Part shown: one piece after another, positions 58,447-64,000 of the stretch
How the letters are laid out: the number at the start of each line of letters is the position of its first letter
How positions within the stretch are numbered: the first letter of the stretch is position 1
DNA from: Vicinamibacteria bacterium
Lineage (GTDB): Bacteria > Acidobacteriota > Vicinamibacteria > Marinacidobacterales > Marinacidobacteraceae
Assembly: GCA_964291235.2 (NCBI GenBank)
Contig: OZ219815.1
Location: 192,001 to 256,000 of the forward strand
DNA length: 64,000 nt
Reading direction: 5' to 3'
The notes under the pieces: generated by a model
Database searches by the model: none
What the model was told of the DNA's origin: nothing
The model's input: the letters and a program-made list of their open reading frames with translations, nothing else
Translations under genes and position numbers: made by a program

Positions 58447-58826
58447 TGAGCGCCGCGTATGTGGATTCTTCCGTCCTCGTTGCGATCGCTCTGGGGGAGC
58501 CCGGGAGCGATGCGGTCCTCCGCAGACTGGCAGATTTCCCCCTGCTGTATTCCTCAAACCTCCTCGAGGCCGAACTGCGGAGCGCGTTGGCCCGAGAGGG
58601 GGTTCCCTGGTCGTATCAGCATGTGACGCAGATCCGCTGGATCTGGACAGATCGTCCACTCGGTGATGAGATGCAGACCATTCTGGACGTCGGGTATCTG
58701 AAGGGTGCGGATCTCTGGCATCTCGCCGTGGCTCTGGCCTCCACCCCGGACCCGCGCGACATGGCGTTCCTTACGCTGGACGAACGGCAGCGGGCGGTGG
58801 CGGCACAGCTCGGGTTCCACGTCTGA
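58446..58826 (+). CDS. vapC: PIN-domain toxin (VapC-like)
   Basis: YVDSSVLV, LEAEL, GADLWHLA and TLDERQ. Confidence 0.88.
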   Translation: MSAAYVDSSVLVAIALGEPGSDAVLRRLADFPLLYSSNLLEAELRSALAREGVPWSYQHVTQIRWIWTDRPLGDEMQTILDVGYLKGADLWHLAVALASTPDPRDMAFLTLDERQRAVAAQLGFHV

Positions 58827-58851
58827 GGCCGGCCCCCGGGCCTCGGCCGCC

Positions 58852-59493
58852 TCAGGCGGATTCGCCCGTGTAGAACGCAGCCGTGCGCCGTGCCGCGGTG
58901 CGGGCGGCCTTGGGATCCGCTCCCGCGGCAACCGCCGCGCGTCCCCATCCCTCGCTGCTCCCGTTGAGGAACGCCCGGCCGTCCGGCGAAGCCGCGAAGG
59001 CGGCTTCATCCGGATTCGGGGCGGTCGGGTCCGCGAGATGGAGCGCGAGTCCCAGCAGGCCGAGTTCCCAGCCCACGCCGGTCGCTCCGGGCCCGTAGGT
59101 GTCCCAGTGCTCCGGGAGGTGGGCGGTGTGCGTGAGTGTCAGCCGCGTGCCGCTGGCGCCGTCGTCACTCAGGTGGATCTCCACCCAGCTCACGTCCTCG
59201 CCGAACTCCCAGGTGAGGGCGAAGGACGACGACGGTTCACACGCGGTGATGACGCCGCCCGCGTTGCCCTCGAGCTGATAGCGACCGCCGGCTTCGAGTT
59301 CGCCGCTGACGGGCCCGAACCAGCGCGGGAGGCGGTCGGGGTTCGTCACCGCGTCCCAGAGATCATTGGCACTCGTCCGGAAACTGCGGGCGAGCCGGAC
59401 CGCCGCGGCGGGTTTCCCGGCGCGCTCGACGGCCGCTACGGAGCGCTCTACGGCAAGGAGGTGGGTGGGGATGTCGGAACTCACGGGAAGCAC
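58852..59493 (-). CDS. SRPBCC (AHSA1/START-like) domain protein
   Basis: LWDAVTNPDRLPRWF and GPGATGVGWE. Confidence 0.85.
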   Translation of the reverse strand: MLPVSSDIPTHLLAVERSVAAVERAGKPAAAVRLARSFRTSANDLWDAVTNPDRLPRWFGPVSGELEAGGRYQLEGNAGGVITACEPSSSFALTWEFGEDVSWVEIHLSDDGASGTRLTLTHTAHLPEHWDTYGPGATGVGWELGLLGLALHLADPTAPNPDEAAFAASPDGRAFLNGSSEGWGRAAVAAGADPKAARTAARRTAAFYTGESA

Positions 59494-59501
59494 GGCCTTT
59501 G

Positions 59502-62033
59502 CTAGTCGGCGAGGACGCCGAGGGGTTTCCGCCGCAGGATGTCCACCGCGGCGAGGGCGCCGACTGCGGCAGCGCCGAGCGCGGGGAAAACGATCGCGAA
59601 CAACAGCAGGGCCGGGTCCGCCTCGAAGGGGAGCTGCATGATCTGCCGCACCACGAACCAGGCCGTCGCCGAGGCTCCCACCGCGGCGGCGGCCCCGGCG
59701 ACCGCACCGATGACGCTGTGCTCCAGCAGCGTGATCGCTACCACCCGGTTGCGGCCCGCCCCGAAGACCCGGAGCACCGCGGTCTCCCGGCGGCGAGCCC
59801 CGATGTGGACCGCCACGGTGCCGATCAGGATCAGCAGGCCGCCGACCAGCGCGATCAGACCCACGATGCGGATCGCGAGCGCGACGCTGTCCGCCACCTG
59901 TTGCATGGTGTCCAGCACGTCGCGGAGATCCACCACCGACACGTTGGGGAACTCACCGACCACGGCTCCCTGGAAGCGGGCCCGCTCCACCACGTCGTCC
60001 GGGCCGCGGACGAAGCCCGCGTAGGACATCGGGAAGTCCGCCACGCTGTCCGGATGGAAGAGGAACGTGAAACCGCCGTTCCGCGCGTTGCGCCACTCCA
60101 CGTCGCGGATCGACGTCACCCGGGCGTCCAGCGTCTCGCCCATGATCTCGAAGCGCATCGTGTCCCCGAGCTGAACGCCGCGGTCCTCCTGCACCCAGTT
60201 CTCGATGGAAACCTCGGCGCCGTCCGCCGGACGATCGCCCCAGAACTCGCCCTCGGTCACGACTTCGTTGTCTTCGAGCCAGTCGCGCGAGCTCACGGTG
60301 TACTCCCGCGACAGCCCGCCGGCGCGCCGCACCGCCGCCCGGTCCTCGAGGTGCACGTCGCGGCCGAAGATCCCGTGAATCCGTGTCTGGAGCACCGGAA
60401 TCAGGTTGATGTCGGGAATGCCCCGCGCGGCCGCGTTCCGCCGCACCCCCTCGACCTGATCCGCCTGGATGTCCAGGAAGAACAGATCCGGGTCGTCGCT
60501 GCTCTCCTGGAAGCTGAACTCCCGTTGCACGTTCCGCTCGATACCCACGGTCGCGAGCACCAGGAACACCCCTACCCCGAGCGCGACGAGCACCACCCGG
60601 ATCTGGCGCGCGCCCCGCAGCACGGTCCGCACCGCGTGGCGCACCGCGAAGGTGCGGGCGGCGGCGAGCGGCGCGAGGGCGCGCAGGATCAACCCGCCGA
60701 GGACCCAGAGGAGGACCGCCACCAACAGGAATCCGCCGGTCACCGCGAGCGTGATCCGCAAGGATCCCGACTGCCAGCCGGCGAACCCGAAGAAGGACAG
60801 GATGGCGCCGGCGGCGACCGCCACCTCGAGCCGGCGAGCGCCCGGCGTGCCCCGCTCGTCCAGCATGTCCCCGCTCCGGAGCAGGCCGAGCGGACGGACG
60901 CGACGGAGCGGCAACAGCGGGAAGACGGCCGAGAGCAGCGACACGAGCCCCCCGGTGAGCGCCCCCTGGAGCGCCGCCGCCGGGGTGAGGCGCGCCGCGA
61001 CCTGCAGGCCGCCCACCTCCACCTCGGGGATGAAGATCCCGAGCGCCAGCGCTCCCACGGCGATTCCGAAAGCGCTCGCGAGGCCCGCGAGCACCGCCAT
61101 CTGCAGCAGGGCGATCCCCAAAATGGTGCGGGACGGCACCCCGAGGCAGCGTTCGATGGCGGCCGACGGAAGACTCTGGCGGGTGAAGGCCCGCGCCACG
61201 CTGAAGACGCCGATGCCGCCGAGCAGCAGGATCACGAACCCGGCGAGGCTCAGGTAGTCCTCGCCGCGGCGAATGCGGCGGGCGATGCGGTCTCCCGTCT
61301 GCCGGTAGGTCCGCACCCGGACCGGCTGGTCCTCGAGCGCCGCCCGCAGTCCCGCGGCGAGCCCGGGGACCGCCTCGTCGCTGCTCACCGCGAACAGGAC
61401 CTCCCAGCGGGCTCGCTCCGGCACGTCGAGCAGGCCGGTCTCCTCAAGGTCGGACAGCGCCACCAGCACCCGCGGGCCGCGCCGGAAGAAGTCGATCCCC
61501 GCCCCCGGCTCCTTGAGCAGGTCCCCGCGCACCTCGAAGAGCTCTCCGCCCAGGACGATCGGGTCCCCGATCTCGAGGCCCAGCCGGACCCGGATCTCGG
61601 GCCGGACCAGCGCGCCGCGCCCGGAAAGCAGTTCGGGCCCGAAACGTTCGCCCTCCACCTCCATCTCGCCGTAGAGCGGGAAAGCGCCGTCCACGCCCTT
61701 GAGTTCCACCATCGCGCCCCGGATCGGGTCGGCGGCCGAACGCGCGAGGGTCGCGATCTGCGCCGAGCGCGCCACCCCGGAGAGCGAGTGGCCGGAGGCG
61801 ACATCGTCGAAGATGACCTCGATCTCGTCGGTGAACCCCTCTCCGGTGGAAACGTTGACGTCGGCGGCCAGCAGGAAACGGGACTCGCTGGTCAGCGCCG
61901 ACTGGAGGCTGTCGGCCGCCGAACGGAGCACCACGATGGCCGCGACGCCGATGCCGACGGCGACGAAGAAGAGCGAGAGCCGGCGGGCCGAGGAGCGAAG
62001 CTCCCGGAACGCCATCCGGATCGCGAACCGCAC
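59502..62033 (-). CDS. ABC transporter permease, FtsX-like (YbbP-like)
   Basis: AFRELRS, LLAADV, ELKGVDGAFPLYG, LFFLDIQADQ and RRETAVLRVFGA. Confidence 0.9.
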   Translation of the reverse strand: MRFAIRMAFRELRSSARRLSLFFVAVGIGVAAIVVLRSAADSLQSALTSESRFLLAADVNVSTGEGFTDEIEVIFDDVASGHSLSGVARSAQIATLARSAADPIRGAMVELKGVDGAFPLYGEMEVEGERFGPELLSGRGALVRPEIRVRLGLEIGDPIVLGGELFEVRGDLLKEPGAGIDFFRRGPRVLVALSDLEETGLLDVPERARWEVLFAVSSDEAVPGLAAGLRAALEDQPVRVRTYRQTGDRIARRIRRGEDYLSLAGFVILLLGGIGVFSVARAFTRQSLPSAAIERCLGVPSRTILGIALLQMAVLAGLASAFGIAVGALALGIFIPEVEVGGLQVAARLTPAAALQGALTGGLVSLLSAVFPLLPLRRVRPLGLLRSGDMLDERGTPGARRLEVAVAAGAILSFFGFAGWQSGSLRITLAVTGGFLLVAVLLWVLGGLILRALAPLAAARTFAVRHAVRTVLRGARQIRVVLVALGVGVFLVLATVGIERNVQREFSFQESSDDPDLFFLDIQADQVEGVRRNAAARGIPDINLIPVLQTRIHGIFGRDVHLEDRAAVRRAGGLSREYTVSSRDWLEDNEVVTEGEFWGDRPADGAEVSIENWVQEDRGVQLGDTMRFEIMGETLDARVTSIRDVEWRNARNGGFTFLFHPDSVADFPMSYAGFVRGPDDVVERARFQGAVVGEFPNVSVVDLRDVLDTMQQVADSVALAIRIVGLIALVGGLLILIGTVAVHIGARRRETAVLRVFGAGRNRVVAITLLEHSVIGAVAGAAAAVGASATAWFVVRQIMQLPFEADPALLLFAIVFPALGAAAVGALAAVDILRRKPLGVLAD

Positions 62034-62051
62034 TTGAATCGTTCCGGGCGG

Positions 62052-62753
62052 CTATACGGCAGCGAGCTCCGGCTCGAGGACGGGCGCGTCTTCGTGCAAC
62101 CGGCCGCTGCGGAGCAGCAGCCGGCGGTCGGCGCGGGAGGCGAGTTCGGGGTCATGGGTGGCGACCAGCACGGTGGCGCCGGTCCGGTCGCGCACCCCCA
62201 CGAGCAGTTCCGCGATCCGGGCGCCGGTCTCCTCGTCGAGATTGCCGGTGGGCTCGTCGGCGAACACCACCCGCGGCTCGTTGGAGATCGCCCGGGCGAT
62301 CGCCACCCGTTGCTGCTCGCCGCCGGACATCTGGGAGGGAAGATGATGCCCGCGCTCGCCGATCCCGAAGGACTCCAGCAGCTCACGGGCCCGCGGGACC
62401 GCATCGGGCGCCCCCGCGATCTCGAGCGGCACCGCCACGTTCTCAAGCGCGGTCAGGTTGGGCAGCAGGTGGAACGACTGGAAGACGAACCCGATGTTCT
62501 CGGAGCGGAACTGGGCCAGGCGCTCCTCGTCGAGTCCCGTGATGTCGGTGCCGGCGACCTCCACGGTGCCGACGGTCGGCCGATCGAGCCCCGCGAGCAG
62601 GCCGAAGAGCGTGGATTTTCCGCTCCCCGAAGGTCCGCGGACGCAGACGATCTCTCCCGCCGGAACTTCGAGTTCGAGTCCGCTCAGGATCGTCAGATCG
62701 CGGTCACCGCTCCGGACCGTCTTCTCGAGCCCGGTCGCGTGGATCATCGGCAC
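62052..62753 (-). CDS. ABC transporter ATP-binding protein (YbbA/LolD-like)
   Basis: [23 protein letters not shown] and ADEPTGNLD. Confidence 0.93.
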   Translation of the reverse strand: MPMIHATGLEKTVRSGDRDLTILSGLELEVPAGEIVCVRGPSGSGKSTLFGLLAGLDRPTVGTVEVAGTDITGLDEERLAQFRSENIGFVFQSFHLLPNLTALENVAVPLEIAGAPDAVPRARELLESFGIGERGHHLPSQMSGGEQQRVAIARAISNEPRVVFADEPTGNLDEETGARIAELLVGVRDRTGATVLVATHDPELASRADRRLLLRSGRLHEDAPVLEPELAAV

Positions 62754-62788
62754 GGCTCGTCGGGTTCCTTTCGCTTCGTGGGCGGCGG

Positions 62789-63547
62789 CTAGCGCGGTTC
62801 GCCTGCTGAGGAAACGCCGGCCGCCCCGGGAGGTTCCCTGAGGAGGGGTTTCACGGCCGCGAAGGCGTTTTCCGCCAACCGGAGCGCCCCCTCGGCAGTC
62901 GGGTGAATCCCGTCCCGCTGGTTCAGCTCGGCCACGCCCGCTACCCCTTCGAGCAGGCTCGGCAGCAGGGGGACCCCGGTCTCGCCGGCGACTTCCCGGA
63001 AGGTGTCCCGGAAACCGTCTTCGTAGTCCTGCCCCAGCTCGGGGGGCGCCGGAACGCCCGCCAGCAGCACCTTGAGGCCGCGCCCCTCGGCCTCCCGGAT
63101 CATCTCCCCGAGGTTGTCCATCATCACGTCCACGGGGACGCCCCGGAGGCCGTCGTTACCGCCGAGCGCGATGACCACCACTTCCGCGGCGGGATTGCGG
63201 TCAAGCACCCAGGGAAGCCGGCGCAGCCCGCCCGAGGTGGTCTCCCCCGACACCCCGGAGTTCACGACCCGGTACGGGAACCCCTCGGCATCGAGGCGTT
63301 CCTGGAGGCGGGCCGGCCAGGCCTCGTCAACTTCGATCCCGTAGCCGGCGGTGAGGCTGTCCCCGAAGGCGATGAGCGCGGGTCGGGGGTCCTCCTCCGC
63401 GGGCGCGGGAGGCGGGGCGGCGGTCTCACGGGGCTCGGAGAGGCGCTCGGCCACCTCCGGGTCGGCGCAGGCCGCGAGCCCGGCGGCGACCATCACGGCA
63501 AGCAGCCGAAGCGTGGGCGCGGGGAACGGCGGAACGCGACGGAGCAT
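62789..63547 (-). CDS. Arylesterase/acyl-CoA thioesterase I (GDSL, TesA-like) lipoprotein
   Basis: [24 protein letters not shown] and DGIHP; lipobox LAAC. Confidence 0.9.
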   Translation of the reverse strand: MLRRVPPFPAPTLRLLAVMVAAGLAACADPEVAERLSEPRETAAPPPAPAEEDPRPALIAFGDSLTAGYGIEVDEAWPARLQERLDAEGFPYRVVNSGVSGETTSGGLRRLPWVLDRNPAAEVVVIALGGNDGLRGVPVDVMMDNLGEMIREAEGRGLKVLLAGVPAPPELGQDYEDGFRDTFREVAGETGVPLLPSLLEGVAGVAELNQRDGIHPTAEGALRLAENAFAAVKPLLREPPGAAGVSSAGEPR

Positions 63548-63666
63548 CGGCGGGGAAACGGGCAGCCGCGGGCGCGGGCGCGGGGCACGGCGGGCGGCGT
63601 GCCGGAACGCGCCGGGGGTGCCCCAGGCGGGGACGAAGGATAGCGCCCATAGAATCCAAGCCGACC

Positions 63667-64000
63667 GTGGCCGCACAAGACCGGAAACTCCCCCGGACCA
63701 TCGTGTTTCTCTGCGTCGCCAACTCGGCGCGCAGCCAGCTCGCGGAGGCGCTCGCCCGGCGGATCGCGCCCCCGGGGGCGATCGTGCTGAGCGCCGGATC
63801 GAACCCCTGGCAAGTCCACCCGATGGCGGTGCGCGTCCTGGACGAGGTCGGGATCGATATCAGCGGCGCCCGCTCGAAGGGGATGGACGAAATCCACATC
63901 GAACGCGCCGACCTGGTGGTCACGCTCTGCGCCGACGAGGTGTGCCCGGTGGTGCCCGCCGCGGTGCGGCGGCTCCACTGGCCGCTCGAGGACCCGGCCG
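63667..64000 (+). CDS. arsC: Arsenate reductase ArsC / LMW-PTP family (3' end truncated by window edge)
   Basis: Manual translation gives [14 protein letters not shown]...SAGS...[11 protein letters not shown]...HWPLEDP. Confidence 0.85.
   Translation, partial: MAAQDRKLPRTIVFLCVANSARSQLAEALARRIAPPGAIVLSAGSNPWQVHPMAVRVLDEVGIDISGARSKGMDEIHIERADLVVTLCADEVCPVVPAAVRRLHWPLEDPA

Noticed and set aside
59499-62792. Long antisense ORFs (also 11743-14136, 8105-10243, 31423-33567, 46826-49258 and others)
   Set aside because: These are shadow ORFs caused by high-GC codon bias opposite well-supported genes, and they show no motifs.

Overview
This is a high-GC bacterial chromosomal segment with about 55 plausible genes. 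An Oar-like TonB-dependent receptor, DUF2911, a VPS10/BNR hydrolase and many secreted peptidases suggest Acidobacteriota or a similar lineage, but that is inference only. Recognisable content includes many exported hydrolases, two VapBC-type toxin-antitoxin pairs, a complete rrf2-sufBCDSUT operon, msrP, a tesA/ybbA/ybbP-like ABC module, a pgi-like gene, alkA and arsC. The most notable items are: (1) a hand-folded SAM-I/IV-type riboswitch (39041-39133) with its own sigma70 promoter and an RBS-sequestering hairpin, placed ahead of an orphan 127-aa ORF that runs head-on into the end of the suf operon; (2) a probable aromatic-amine catabolic system split over two loci, combining a GS-like gamma-glutamyl ligase, a non-canonical P450, an Adc-like protein and a ring-cleavage dioxygenase with a second P450, an FAH-family enzyme and a PuuD-like hydrolase; (3) two tandem GGT-fold proteins with Ser-Asn-His in place of the catalytic Thr; (4) a REP-like palindrome family nested in a MITE-like element with 17-bp terminal inverted repeats; (5) two membrane-anchored coiled-coil paralogs with different repeat stalks and a shared promoter and DnaA-box-like site; and (6) a 13-bp tandem repeat that separates an antitoxin stop codon from its toxin start codon. 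No rRNA, tRNA, CRISPR array or transposase was seen. All calls come from manual motif reading, without database searches.
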